Part shown: positions 34,594 through 44,209 of the stretch, piece after piece
How the letters are laid out: each line of letters starts with the position of its first letter
How positions within the stretch are numbered: position 1 is the stretch's first letter
Source of the DNA: a virus
Reading direction: 5' to 3' (one strand)
IMG/VR virus record: IMGVR_UViG_3300046331_000099
Location: 1 to 64,000 of that record
DNA length: 64,000 nucleotides
Notes under the pieces: generated by a model
The model's database searches: none
The model's input: only the letters and a program-made list of their open reading frames with translations
Told to the model about the DNA's origin: nothing
Translations under genes and position numbers: made by a program

Positions 34594-35607
34594 TCATAGA
34601 AAATCTTTCATGTATAGTGAAGTTCCGTCGACCAAGTCCATGACCCAATAGTGATCAACGATATGATAATGAGATGTCTGAACTACTTTATTGGCAGCAT
34701 AGAAATCAAGCCCACAATCTTTTAGAAACTTCTTCGAAGCCCACTTGTATGTCTTTGGATCTGGTGATAGAAACTTCTCTTCGTATCTACCAATAGACCA
34801 TTTCTGAAAGTCTACTGTATCATAAAAGGCAAAGAATCTATCAGCGTTCGGCAGCGCACGTTGGCGGTTGACCTTACCCATCTGCCACTTAGAATTTAGT
34901 TCTATGAACGACAGATACTCTGGTACAGTTTTGATAGGAGCACCTGGAAAGTTTTCCATCATCAATCCCACCATCTCAACTTGATCTCTATCGAGATAGT
35001 CTTCCCATGCCATGGTAAACTCGTTTGGCTTTAATGTAAAGTATCTACCGTATAGTTGGTCACCAAGATAACCACTGACAATTATACCATCATCAAAGGT
35101 TGGAGTCAAAAGTGGTAGAGTAATATGACATTCAACATTTCTGGGAACAATATGTTTCTCCATCATATTAGCAGATTCAACAATGGAGCTAACGTTACAG
35201 AAAACCTTTAGTTGTTTTGGATCAGCAACTTCCATCAAAGCAAACAGTGCAGTTGTGCTGTCTAAACCACCAGACCACGAGATATTTATCTTCTTACCAG
35301 TAGCAACTAAACGCTCAGCAGTCTCTAGGCAGATCTGTTTGAATGGTTTGTTGAAAGAAGAATCATACTCAGGCAGTGGTTCGTACTCTGCCATCTTTAG
35401 ATAGTGTGGCAGTGTCCTAGTTCTATCTTGGAACATGTCCATATTACCCTGATGGATTCTACCATCACTCATGTCCCACTGTTCAAGATTCAACTTCTGA
35501 TAGATTGGTAGAACTTTATCAAAGTGTTCTGACTTGTAATGATCTAGCTTCGGAGATTCAATAATCTTATCAGCCCGCAGTCTGTGTATAATGCAGTTTC
35601 GAATCAT
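34594..35607 (-). CDS. PP-loop ATP pyrophosphatase (asparagine synthetase C-domain-like)
   Basis: SWSGGLDST, VSGYLGDQLYG. Confidence 0.7.
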   Translation of the reverse strand: MIRNCIIHRLRADKIIESPKLDHYKSEHFDKVLPIYQKLNLEQWDMSDGRIHQGNMDMFQDRTRTLPHYLKMAEYEPLPEYDSSFNKPFKQICLETAERLVATGKKINISWSGGLDSTTALFALMEVADPKQLKVFCNVSSIVESANMMEKHIVPRNVECHITLPLLTPTFDDGIIVSGYLGDQLYGRYFTLKPNEFTMAWEDYLDRDQVEMVGLMMENFPGAPIKTVPEYLSFIELNSKWQMGKVNRQRALPNADRFFAFYDTVDFQKWSIGRYEEKFLSPDPKTYKWASKKFLKDCGLDFYAANKVVQTSHYHIVDHYWVMDLVDGTSLYMKDFL

Positions 35608-35912
35608 TCTAATCTCAATCTAACAGGTAGGATGCCTTCACGAATACCCCAATTACCATTATGGTCAGTAACAATGACATAGTCTTTATTCTTAATGAAT
35701 TTATCTTTGTTATCTCGAACATATTTTATAACAGATGGTGGAGCAATAATCATAGACTCTGGCACTAATATTTCATAAGCATCAGTGAACTTGGTAAACT
35801 CATCTTCATTAGAAGAGTCATACCAGAATATTTCTTTTAGAGTTCTTACATTACTGCCAATACATGGGTAGAATGGAATGCTCCATATCCATCCTTTAAG
35901 AATCGGTTCCAT
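35604..35912 (-). CDS. hypothetical protein
   Basis: ORF track; operon packing. Confidence 0.55.
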   Translation of the reverse strand: MEPILKGWIWSIPFYPCIGSNVRTLKEIFWYDSSNEDEFTKFTDAYEILVPESMIIAPPSVIKYVRDNKDKFIKNKDYVIVTDHNGNWGIREGILPVRLRLE

Positions 35913-35913
35913 A

Positions 35914-36267
35914 TCATGTTATAAGATGTTGAGCAAGAACCATACAAGAGATCCAAGCCCACAGAGTGTTGAACGCCACAAGAGTTGGCAGCAGCTTCTT
36001 ATTGCTCGCCCAAATCAGAGTCACGCTTGTTGCAAGAGTCAAGAAGTACAACCACCAAATCTGGATACCAAAGATAAGTCCAGGGACGATGATAACTGCT
36101 TTAGCTGTCCAACTTGCAAACTCTACTATGTTATAGTCAGTCCAGTATTCTTTCGTGAACCACATCTTGTAACATTCAAGAATCTTGCGCCAGTTGCTAT
36201 GGAAGTATGATATACCAATAAGAACTGACCATACTGCTGTTGCTACTAAGATCTGCTCAAGTGTCAT
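35914..36267 (-). CDS. small multi-pass membrane protein
   Basis: 3-4 hydrophobic helices. Confidence 0.7.
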   Translation of the reverse strand: MTLEQILVATAVWSVLIGISYFHSNWRKILECYKMWFTKEYWTDYNIVEFASWTAKAVIIVPGLIFGIQIWWLYFLTLATSVTLIWASNKKLLPTLVAFNTLWAWISCMVLAQHLIT

Positions 36268-37139
36268 TTTGATTCCTCTATTTTCATTCGATACTTCTGT
36301 TGTAAATTTTTGACTGTGGTGACTGACTTAGTATAGAAATGTTCAACCGATTCGCTTGGCACTTTCATACCAGATACCTTGAAGATCTCTTCAGCACCAA
36401 CTTTTACCTGAGCATCGTTGAGAATAATAGCGATGGCTTTACGTCGGGTTTCGTCCATTGATTTTGGTGCAACTGTGATGTTGAAAACATAAGGAGCATC
36501 AATACCAATTTCATTTAGGGTCTTAACATTTGGTGCATTTGGAAGTCGAGTTGGACAAGAAGCAGCGAATGCTTGTAAGTTTGGATTCTTAGTCTTCATC
36601 GCTTCATATGATTCGTAGCGATCAACAACCATAAAGATTCCATTGTTGCCTGCCATGTTTACTAGAGCATCGTTATTTGATTTGAAGACAATGTACTTGA
36701 CATTGAATTTGTACTTCTCACCAAGAGCCAACGCAGTTAAGTGTGTAGCATTACCGAAACCTACACCACCGACAGTAAGTTCTTTATTGGCATTGATTGG
36801 CCCATTGGTAATAACAGCCCAACAAGCATCACCAAGAGCATGGATAGGAATATAATCAGATTCAACCAACTTACCAGAAGCAATGTTCTCAACAAACGCT
36901 GGTGCAATGATACCAAGACTATTTGAGTCCATAGATTTTAATGCGATCATCTGATTACCACCTGGACGGAACTCCAACACAAAGGTATAGATCTTCTGCG
37001 CTTTGTTAGCTTCATCGATGATCTTATACATTGCAGGTGTGCCAGAATGTGTTGGGCTATAAGGCGATAAGATCTTGATAGTTTCAGACGCAAAGGCAGA
37101 AGTACACAACATCATTAGAGCTGCTAGAAATTTCTTCAC
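36264..37139 (-). CDS. divergent TctC/Bug substrate-binding protein
   Basis: Signal peptide, RPGGN, LPNAPNVKTLNEIGID. Confidence 0.75.
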   Translation of the reverse strand: MKKFLAALMMLCTSAFASETIKILSPYSPTHSGTPAMYKIIDEANKAQKIYTFVLEFRPGGNQMIALKSMDSNSLGIIAPAFVENIASGKLVESDYIPIHALGDACWAVITNGPINANKELTVGGVGFGNATHLTALALGEKYKFNVKYIVFKSNNDALVNMAGNNGIFMVVDRYESYEAMKTKNPNLQAFAASCPTRLPNAPNVKTLNEIGIDAPYVFNITVAPKSMDETRRKAIAIILNDAQVKVGAEEIFKVSGMKVPSESVEHFYTKSVTTVKNLQQKYRMKIEESK

Positions 37140-37609
37140 ACTTTCTCCGTTTCAATATTACATTTAACTAAAAAATTCAACCCATCTTCATTACGGTATG
37201 AGTTGCGATAATACACATGCTTGATGCCAGCGCCGTAAATTAACTTAGCGCAGTCCACACAAGGAGCATGAGTAATAAAGATACTAGCACCTTCTCCTGA
37301 TTCAGAAGACTTTGCCAACTTAGAGATAGCGTTGGCTTCTGCGTGGATGACTTCTGGTTTAGTTACCAGTTTATATCTTTTCCAAGTGTCAGCGTCTTTG
37401 GGATACTGCTGTTCATAAACATCACCATCTTCACAGTAGACTTTATCTTCACAGTTGTTATCCCAACCAGCAGGTGTGCCATTATAACCAATAGATGTGA
37501 TACGGTTATCTTTAACAACAACCGCACCTACATGTAGTCGCCTTGAACTTGACAACTGAGCGAATCGCTCGGCTGTGTCCATAAATGCTTCAATCCACTT
37601 TTGTTTCAT
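37136..37609 (-). CDS. cd: dCMP deaminase
   Basis: GYNG, HAEANA, PCVDC; start at MKQKW. Confidence 0.92.
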   Translation of the reverse strand: MKQKWIEAFMDTAERFAQLSSSRRLHVGAVVVKDNRITSIGYNGTPAGWDNNCEDKVYCEDGDVYEQQYPKDADTWKRYKLVTKPEVIHAEANAISKLAKSSESGEGASIFITHAPCVDCAKLIYGAGIKHVYYRNSYRNEDGLNFLVKCNIETEKV

Positions 37610-38391
37610 TTTCCAAATCCAAATGGACACTTAGGGTCTTCCATAGCATCCATCGTTTCTTTTTCTTTCATCAATTTTTTATATCTAGTATTTCTAGAGC
37701 CTGAGCCAATTTCTGGAAACGATAATGGTATATTACCTTGTACTCCACACCACTCATCAAATGTAACTAAGTGGGTCTTCCATTCAATATCATTTTCTGT
37801 TATTGGTATCAAATGCATCATTGGTGTTCCAGCTAAAATAGTAAAGTCTGGAGAATCTTTTCTAACAAACATCTGTAAATTAGTCTGCGTTTGTAGATCA
37901 TAATATGACAGTGCTGGTGGGATAATAAAATTATTGTTAAAATTATTAAGATTATATGTGGCAGGAATAATTAGAACTTTAATACCAGTCTTTTCTTTGA
38001 TATGCCAGATTCCATGGAATTTAACATTAACAAAATCATCAAACATACCTGGAAATTGTAGCCTAGAATGTTCATGAACTTCTTGAGAAGAAACGCCCAA
38101 TCTAGATTTTTTCTCTACAATAGCTTTATTGGGTTGACAAATGTAATCATCCCAGAATGGAATTATAGCACCTTGTTTATATAAACCATTGATACCACTA
38201 CATAATTTCATAGTAGATGCTGGAACATCATTATTTGTTCTGGGGTCTGTCATAGTGACAGTTGGTGGCATCTGCTTGATGACTTCGGGGTAATACGGCA
38301 TAGACTTGCGAATAGGATATATGTCATGAGCAGCACGATCATGCGTAAAGCAGTCAAACACAACTTTCTTTTTCTTAAACCAAAACATCAT
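37606..38391 (-). CDS. hypothetical phage protein
   Basis: ORF track; TMKLCSG, AGTPMMHLIP, KCPF motifs. Confidence 0.7.
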   Translation of the reverse strand: MMFWFKKKKVVFDCFTHDRAAHDIYPIRKSMPYYPEVIKQMPPTVTMTDPRTNNDVPASTMKLCSGINGLYKQGAIIPFWDDYICQPNKAIVEKKSRLGVSSQEVHEHSRLQFPGMFDDFVNVKFHGIWHIKEKTGIKVLIIPATYNLNNFNNNFIIPPALSYYDLQTQTNLQMFVRKDSPDFTILAGTPMMHLIPITENDIEWKTHLVTFDEWCGVQGNIPLSFPEIGSGSRNTRYKKLMKEKETMDAMEDPKCPFGFGK

Positions 38392-38630
38392 AATTTCATA
38401 ATCCTATTGAGCACTTCATTGGCTTCTCTCATTCCATCTTCTTCCATCTCATCGTCAAACAATTCATCCTTGGCCATTTGGATCATAACCAAGACACGCA
38501 TTGCATCTTCTCTGGACATAGCGTTGAGCATCATCTCGAATTCATCTGCTTCGAGACTCAGTAAAAAGAGGAGGAATCCTCTGTCTTCATCTTCAAGGTG
38601 TTGCACGTTTCTGTTCGACTGGAGGAGCAA
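38388..38630 (-). CDS. hypothetical acidic protein
   Basis: ORF track. Confidence 0.55.
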   Translation of the reverse strand: MLLQSNRNVQHLEDEDRGFLLFLLSLEADEFEMMLNAMSREDAMRVLVMIQMAKDELFDDEMEEDGMREANEVLNRIMKL

Positions 38631-39018
38631 TAAAACCAGCTTCAGTTACAAGTTTAGCGGTAATCTTCTTATACAACTTGTGTAAGGCTTGATCTTTGAT
38701 AGCGATAAGTGCTGTGGCTTCTTCTGGATGCACACCTTCTAGCAAAGAGATGAATAATGATTCACGCTTTAGTGGTGTAAGGTCTGCTCGGCAGAACACA
38801 TACAAGCGACGCATCTCATTAAACAAGTTAGTCGGTGTCATACCCATAGGCTCAGCCGCTGGCTTAAATGGTGGTGTGCCTTCTGGAAGAATCATCTTCT
38901 TGGCTGGATCGAATGCATACTCGAAGGCTAGCTTTAGTACAGCATCACCCCTATAATTGTTAATAGCTTTTGGATCAGCATTGATCTCATCAAGCATTTG
39001 TGTCAGATATTTTCTCAT
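38593..39018 (-). CDS. conserved T4-like protein (DUF6433-like)
   Basis: LPEGTPPF, KRESLFISLLEGVHPEEA; follows rnh. Confidence 0.75.
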   Translation of the reverse strand: MRKYLTQMLDEINADPKAINNYRGDAVLKLAFEYAFDPAKKMILPEGTPPFKPAAEPMGMTPTNLFNEMRRLYVFCRADLTPLKRESLFISLLEGVHPEEATALIAIKDQALHKLYKKITAKLVTEAGFIAPPVEQKRATP

Positions 39019-39911
39019 TAAAAGTCCTCTAGGTCATCCAATAGTAGGCGACACTTATGTGTAATGAGATAGTTCATTATAGACATCTTGTCACCCTTCG
39101 GTTTGTTATTTAGATAGGTAACGATGACTTCTTCATCAACATCTGGTGGGATGTTATCGAATGCAACCAATACAGAGTTACGTTTCCAGTTACGTTTCTC
39201 TTCATCTGTGCGACAAGCATCGTAACCCAATTCAATAAACTCAGCAAGACGTTTAGCAGAGACTGGTTTCTGACGCTCACCTTTAACAAATACATCATCT
39301 TTGGAAAGAATGTTCGGGATACCATCGCCAGCATCACCCTTAACGATATGCTCAACCATAAAGTCTTGGATATCTTTCTTAGAAGCTGTGATAAACTTCT
39401 TGACCATCGGCGACCACTGATTCACATTTGAGTACAGTTGGAGTTGCTTGAAGTCTTTATCAGATGATAAGATCAAAACCTTCTGTGGTTCTTCAACAAG
39501 ACCTTCTTGAACCAGTTGGTTAGATTGAACCCAACGAGTTAAACAAGCGATAACATCATCAGCTTCTGCTCGGTCTACGTGAACAACACGATATGGAAAG
39601 TGAGTGGCAATGTCTTCTCGCAACTCAGTCAACGTATCAAAGATTAGTTTCCAGTCTAGGTCAGATGCATCACGGTTCTTTTTACGAGAGGCTTTGTAGA
39701 ATTCAAAGTATTCCTTGCGCCAGTACTTACGACCATCGCAAGCAATAACGATCTCTCCGTACTCTTTACCATACTTGCGTTTATACGACTTGATTGTGGA
39801 TAAGGTTACATGACGAATAAGGTTCTTAACCTCAGACTCAGTACCTTTGAGTTCTCGTTGGAACGTAAGGATAGTGCTTAGGGCAACTTGGCTGTAATCA
39901 ATTAAAATCAT
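39018..39911 (-). CDS. rnh: T4-type RNase H (5'-3' exonuclease)
   Basis: ILIDYSQ, YWRK, EADD, SSDKDF, GDAGDGIPN. Confidence 0.95.
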   Translation of the reverse strand: MILIDYSQVALSTILTFQRELKGTESEVKNLIRHVTLSTIKSYKRKYGKEYGEIVIACDGRKYWRKEYFEFYKASRKKNRDASDLDWKLIFDTLTELREDIATHFPYRVVHVDRAEADDVIACLTRWVQSNQLVQEGLVEEPQKVLILSSDKDFKQLQLYSNVNQWSPMVKKFITASKKDIQDFMVEHIVKGDAGDGIPNILSKDDVFVKGERQKPVSAKRLAEFIELGYDACRTDEEKRNWKRNSVLVAFDNIPPDVDEEVIVTYLNNKPKGDKMSIMNYLITHKCRLLLDDLEDF

Positions 39912-40561
39912 AATCTTGGGTCTTTTTTATTTAAGAAATGGGTGATACAAAACCTACCATCTCCTTTGTTGAAATCAAATTTATCGTTAGCTACCACAGG
40001 TGTCACACCATGCATGGTGCAACTTGGAAAAATAATAGCCCTATTTGGGATAGCTTCTATTGTTGCCTTTTTAGATTCATCTGCAGAGTAAAGAAAGACG
40101 TCTCCACCAGAAAACTTTTTATTATGTTTATTCTTAAATGCATAAACTAGAATAGTAAATATTGATGCATCTTTATGTTTATCATAATGGTCACCATCAC
40201 CATAGTAAGACAATAGAGTAGATGGGCTGTCCATATCTCTATAAATTTTATACATGGGGTTTAATTCTATTACTTTTTTATAGAATTCATCTGATGTAAA
40301 CTTAGAAAAGTTTATAGTAATAATTTTAGAAGTATTGGTGTTCTCAATAAAGATACCATGATTACTTTTAATAATACGAGAACCATCTTCAGATAATGCA
40401 CCTGCAGTTTTGTTTGGTGGCATCAAAGAAGGTATCAGAGATATCTGCTCATCTACAATAGATTTATACTCTTCTTCATAATAAACCCCATCAACAACAA
40501 TTGCATCTATACCTTCTGCAAGATAGTGGAATTCCATTAAAATGCTCCAAGCAAGATACAC
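39908..40561 (-). CDS. 2OG-Fe(II) oxygenase (prolyl-hydroxylase-like)
   Basis: YDKHKD, FSGG, FPS..MHGVTPV, GRF. Confidence 0.85.
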   Translation of the reverse strand: MYLAWSILMEFHYLAEGIDAIVVDGVYYEEEYKSIVDEQISLIPSLMPPNKTAGALSEDGSRIIKSNHGIFIENTNTSKIITINFSKFTSDEFYKKVIELNPMYKIYRDMDSPSTLLSYYGDGDHYDKHKDASIFTILVYAFKNKHNKKFSGGDVFLYSADESKKATIEAIPNRAIIFPSCTMHGVTPVVANDKFDFNKGDGRFCITHFLNKKDPRL

Positions 40562-41643
40562 TCTTCATTCACTCGCCCATTTGGCACTGAAGGTTTGGTT
40601 GTTAGTTTCTTAAACGCACCATTGATAGCACGTTTACCCATCGCAAGACCTTTGAAGAATTCTTCTGGCTTGCGCAGTGTCATAGTCTTGGACTCTTTGA
40701 TATCGAATCCGAGGATTGAAGTGCCTTTAACAGACAGAGTACCACCATCAGACTTATACACCGTCACCTTGCGGTACTTAGTATTATACACCCACAGTTC
40801 AGTGGCAGTCAAGATATCCTCTGCCTTACAAGACTTGAGATTAAGTTCAGCAAAGTCACGCATGAATTTCATCTTAGAAACCACTTTAGTTGGAGACACT
40901 GCCTTGCGTTTGCGTGGTGCACGATTAGCCTTAGCAGTCTGTACTTGTTGTTGGCAGTCAGAGATAATACCTTCTACAAATTCAGCAAAGCGTTTTAGTT
41001 CTCGCTTATTGAGATGGGAGTAACCTTCTACCAATTGTTCATCATTAGCTTCAATCGCTTCTCTAATTTCTTCGGCAGTACGCACAAAGATCTCTCCAAT
41101 GCGTTTAGCAATAGGTCCAGCCACTTGATTAGCCAAGAGATAATTCTTTGTCGAAAAGTCAGACTTGCACTTATTGAGAACAAAGTCGTCAATAGCACCT
41201 TCAATTTCACCAGCAAGATCATGTGCCTTTTCTTCCATGCGGTCTTGAATTGATACTGTCGCCACTGGGACAATAACGGTTTTATCTTCTTTAATCTTTT
41301 TAGGTAATGCTTCTTTGCGGATGATATGAGTAACCATATTGTCAATGGTCTTCATATGGTCATCGCTCAGTACATTTTCATTTGACACGAGACGACAGAG
41401 CACACCAAGTTGGCGAACATCATAGTCATCTGCTTTATTGATAGCAAGCACTTCTGTTTTCTTGCCGAGTTTTGCGAAGTATTCCAAAGCGAATTTGCGA
41501 ATCTTCTTTTCATCTACATTATCACGATACCAAACCAATGCGTTGGTCAGGGAAACATTGTAGTTGTCCTGATCCAACATTGGTTCGTCGATAGTCTTAC
41601 GCAGGGTTGCGTGTGCTTTTGCACGTTTTGCGGTAGTCGCCAT
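40537..41643 (-). CDS. conserved hypothetical protein of T4-like phages
   Basis: LWVYNTKYRK, TLRKPEE, PNGRVNE C-terminus; promoter at 41671-41699. Confidence 0.8.
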   Translation of the reverse strand: MATTAKRAKAHATLRKTIDEPMLDQDNYNVSLTNALVWYRDNVDEKKIRKFALEYFAKLGKKTEVLAINKADDYDVRQLGVLCRLVSNENVLSDDHMKTIDNMVTHIIRKEALPKKIKEDKTVIVPVATVSIQDRMEEKAHDLAGEIEGAIDDFVLNKCKSDFSTKNYLLANQVAGPIAKRIGEIFVRTAEEIREAIEANDEQLVEGYSHLNKRELKRFAEFVEGIISDCQQQVQTAKANRAPRKRKAVSPTKVVSKMKFMRDFAELNLKSCKAEDILTATELWVYNTKYRKVTVYKSDGGTLSVKGTSILGFDIKESKTMTLRKPEEFFKGLAMGKRAINGAFKKLTTKPSVPNGRVNEECILLGAF

Positions 41644-41695
41644 AGGTTCTTAGCCTCCAATTAATAATATATTATACCGCAAATCGGGTTAAGTG

Positions 41696-41956
41696 TCAAG
41701 CACTTTTTTGGACCCCTGTAACCTCCTCGTAGAGGGTCTCGAAGTCCTCGTGGTCTTGTTGCTCTTGTGTAAAGTTCTGCTTGTGGTAAGTCTTTGCAAT
41801 CTTATTGATGATTTTCTTTGGGAGTTGGAACTCAGCATTGAGTTCTTTCACGATCTCTCGAATCAAATCACTCTCTGCCTCTTTGCGAGTCATTGAGTTG
41901 CTAATCTCTTGGATAGCGTCTTTGAACTTTTTACGGTCTGCTGGGGATGAAATCAT
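41696..41956 (-). CDS. dsbA: dsDNA-binding protein, T4 DsbA-like
   Basis: EISNSMTR.EAE.D.I, AKTYHKQNF; near rnh. Confidence 0.75.
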   Translation of the reverse strand: MISSPADRKKFKDAIQEISNSMTRKEAESDLIREIVKELNAEFQLPKKIINKIAKTYHKQNFTQEQQDHEDFETLYEEVTGVQKSA

Positions 41957-41964
41957 ATATTTCC

Positions 41965-42468
41965 TTAATCACTAGATGAAGAGCCACTATCAGAAGAAGA
42001 ACTGTCCGAGTAGCTAGAAGAAGAATCGCTAGAACTGTAGCTTGAATAGCTAGATGAACTAGAAGATTCGTAAGAAGAAGATGGAGTTGGAGTGATAGTT
42101 GGTGTATCGTTATCCCAACGAACTGAACCAGATACAGTATCAGAAGAACTGTTCATTGCATTCTGAAGAATCATCATGGTCAACATATCACTGTTGTCAT
42201 CAACAGCAACAGGACGACGATCTGCATAACGATTTTGATGAGCACGAGTCTCAGTCACTTTAGTTGCAGATACTGGAGTTGTAGACCACTGAGACATCTT
42301 AGATCGACGTTCAGCACGGGCTTGGCGTAGTCGTTCGTTGTTTTCTTCAATCTCACGCATCACACGTTCATGGCGTTCTTTTTCAAGACGAACACTACGA
42401 CGATGCGCCCAGAAGATGCCAGCGCATAGAGCACCAAATGCTAATGCGAATGCAATTTCATATTCCAT
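41965..42468 (-). CDS. membrane-anchored protein with Ser-rich tail
   Basis: N-terminal TM helix, poly-Ser C-terminus. Confidence 0.65.
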   Translation of the reverse strand: MEYEIAFALAFGALCAGIFWAHRRSVRLEKERHERVMREIEENNERLRQARAERRSKMSQWSTTPVSATKVTETRAHQNRYADRRPVAVDDNSDMLTMMILQNAMNSSSDTVSGSVRWDNDTPTITPTPSSSYESSSSSSYSSYSSSDSSSSYSDSSSSDSGSSSSD

Positions 42469-42470
42469 AA

Positions 42471-42665
42471 TTAAGCCTTGAACTTAAGAGTACTTTCGCC
42501 TCGGAAGAACATACCCAATACAACCACAGCACACCAAGTATCAAACGACACTGGAATTGCAGCTGCTGGAATCAACATGTTCACTGACCAGATAACAGCC
42601 AAGGGGAACAAAACCACCACTGCAATAACCAACAACAAAATCAAAATTTTACTCATAATAATCAC
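42471..42665 (-). CDS. small membrane protein
   Basis: Hydrophobic ORF. Confidence 0.6.
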   Translation of the reverse strand: MIIMSKILILLLVIAVVVLFPLAVIWSVNMLIPAAAIPVSFDTWCAVVVLGMFFRGESTLKFKA

Positions 42666-42668
42666 CTT

Positions 42669-42944
42669 TTAGTAAGAAATAACTGAACTCAAACGGAAAG
42701 AGCGCCATTCGCTTTTTTCCATATCGAAAACTCGGATAGCGGATCCAACAGTGCTGCTAGTTTGCGCCTCTGTTGACTTTGGTCGCTTGTCTGCTGGAAT
42801 TTTAGACTCGACAAGGGTGCATCGCATGGTACGCTCTGTACCATCTGCTTTGGTAAACTTGACTGTGGCTTCATTAGTGCGCAATTTTTCAAGAAGATTT
42901 TCCTTTAGAAGATCAAGGTTGGTTTGTTCTAGGCTCATCATCAA
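42669..42944 (-). CDS. WYL_2/DUF2693-like SH3-fold protein
   Basis: FTKADGTERTMRCTL, VFD.EK.EWRSFR. Confidence 0.8.
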   Translation of the reverse strand: MMMSLEQTNLDLLKENLLEKLRTNEATVKFTKADGTERTMRCTLVESKIPADKRPKSTEAQTSSTVGSAIRVFDMEKSEWRSFRLSSVISY

Positions 42945-43170
42945 ATCTCTCTTTCATATTATATAAGAATGGTTTAAAAAACTCATCAAACTCACGGTTA
43001 GTGAATAACATCTGGTACTTGTTGTCCAAGATGTAATCACCAGTATCATCGGGCAGCTGTTTACGAAGCGTGACCTCAATGACATCATAGTCATGCTCAA
43101 TCACATCTACAGTAGTCATAAGACCACCACGAAACAACTCACCCTTGTAAAGAACTTTGCTCTCTTTCAT
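42913..43170 (-). CDS. hypothetical protein
   Basis: ORF track; start moved to MKESK. Confidence 0.55.
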   Translation of the reverse strand: MKESKVLYKGELFRGGLMTTVDVIEHDYDVIEVTLRKQLPDDTGDYILDNKYQMLFTNREFDEFFKPFLYNMKERFDDEPRTNQP

Positions 43171-43282
43171 AAGAATCTTTCTTGTGCTTAGGTTTGCGAT
43201 TGTACTTAACCTTGCTCTCAACTACACGCATGCGGTACTTGGGAGTTCGAAGGTCTTTTGCGACCAAGTCTCTAGGTTTCAT
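43139..43282 (-). CDS. 47-aa ArfA-like ribosome-rescue protein, leaderless
   Basis: LRTPKYRMRVVESK..YNRKPKH resembles the ArfA core; ATG 6 nt after TATAAT. Confidence 0.6.
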   Translation of the reverse strand: MKPRDLVAKDLRTPKYRMRVVESKVKYNRKPKHKKDSYEREQSSLQG

Positions 43283-43475
43283 ACTTTTATTATACGCCAT
43301 ATCTTCTTACAAAGCAACTTTCATTGTAGTGTCTCGTGGGTTGCAAACGGTGTCTTCTGGTCTGCAATTAGTTCAAACAATAATTCTTCTACTTCTTGTA
43401 GTTCTTCTATTGTCACATCAGTCGCAGGGAGTTCACCTTGCAACACTCTCATCATAACTGCCTGACGATCTTCTG

Positions 43476-43817
43476 TCATTCTTTCTCTCCAAAAATGTTG
43501 GACCACTTACGCAGTTTCTCATACTTTGCTGCCTTAGCTTGCAAGATGATATCATTACTAACAAACTGTCGATCAATAAGAATATCAATCATACAAAGCA
43601 AGTCACCTATTTCTTCTTCCAAGTGGGCTTGATTAGTCTTACCATTATGACTGTCTGCAACACCGAATCGAAAAACTTTACTGATAGCTTGAATAACCTC
43701 AGCACATTCTTCTTGAGTGATTAACAGAACCTCTTGGTTCCCTTCACTAAGTTCTTTCAATGATTGTTCCATCGTCACGCTTAATTCACTCATACAATTC
43801 TCCAATATCAAATTCAA
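43476..43817 (-). CDS. MazG-like NTP pyrophosphohydrolase
   Basis: QEECAEVIQAISK, LEEEIGDL. Confidence 0.8.
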   Translation of the reverse strand: MNLILENCMSELSVTMEQSLKELSEGNQEVLLITQEECAEVIQAISKVFRFGVADSHNGKTNQAHLEEEIGDLLCMIDILIDRQFVSNDIILQAKAAKYEKLRKWSNIFGEKE

Positions 43818-44178
43818 AACGCTCAGCCATTTGCTTTAGCTTTTCTTCAGGTACATTGTGGATGTTACCCCAGTTAGACTGACACACCATTACAGTTGGA
43901 ACAATACCAAACTCTTTTGCAAGATCAAAGTAAGGTTTTAATTCTTTCTTTGTAGTAAACGTATTCGACACTACTGGACTTTGGCCATGTGTCATCATCT
44001 CACGAGTCTTATCTAAACACCATTTGTGTGCTTCAGCTAGACGAGTATACTCGAATTTGTACTCACCGTCAACCATCCAAAATTGGTCAGTCTCTAGATG
44101 CCAGTACCAACCAATCAAGTTCTTAGCAAGAGTGGACTTACCAGAACCTGGAAGACCACGGATTAAAAGCAGTTTCAT
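43786..44178 (-). CDS. P-loop kinase (AAA_33 / polynucleotide-kinase-like)
   Basis: RGLPGSGKST, VSNTF, HNVP. Confidence 0.85.
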   Translation of the reverse strand: MKLLLIRGLPGSGKSTLAKNLIGWYWHLETDQFWMVDGEYKFEYTRLAEAHKWCLDKTREMMTHGQSPVVSNTFTTKKELKPYFDLAKEFGIVPTVMVCQSNWGNIHNVPEEKLKQMAERFEFDIGELYE

Positions 44179-44209
44179 ATTTATCTCTTTATAAACTCTA
44201 ACACAGTGA

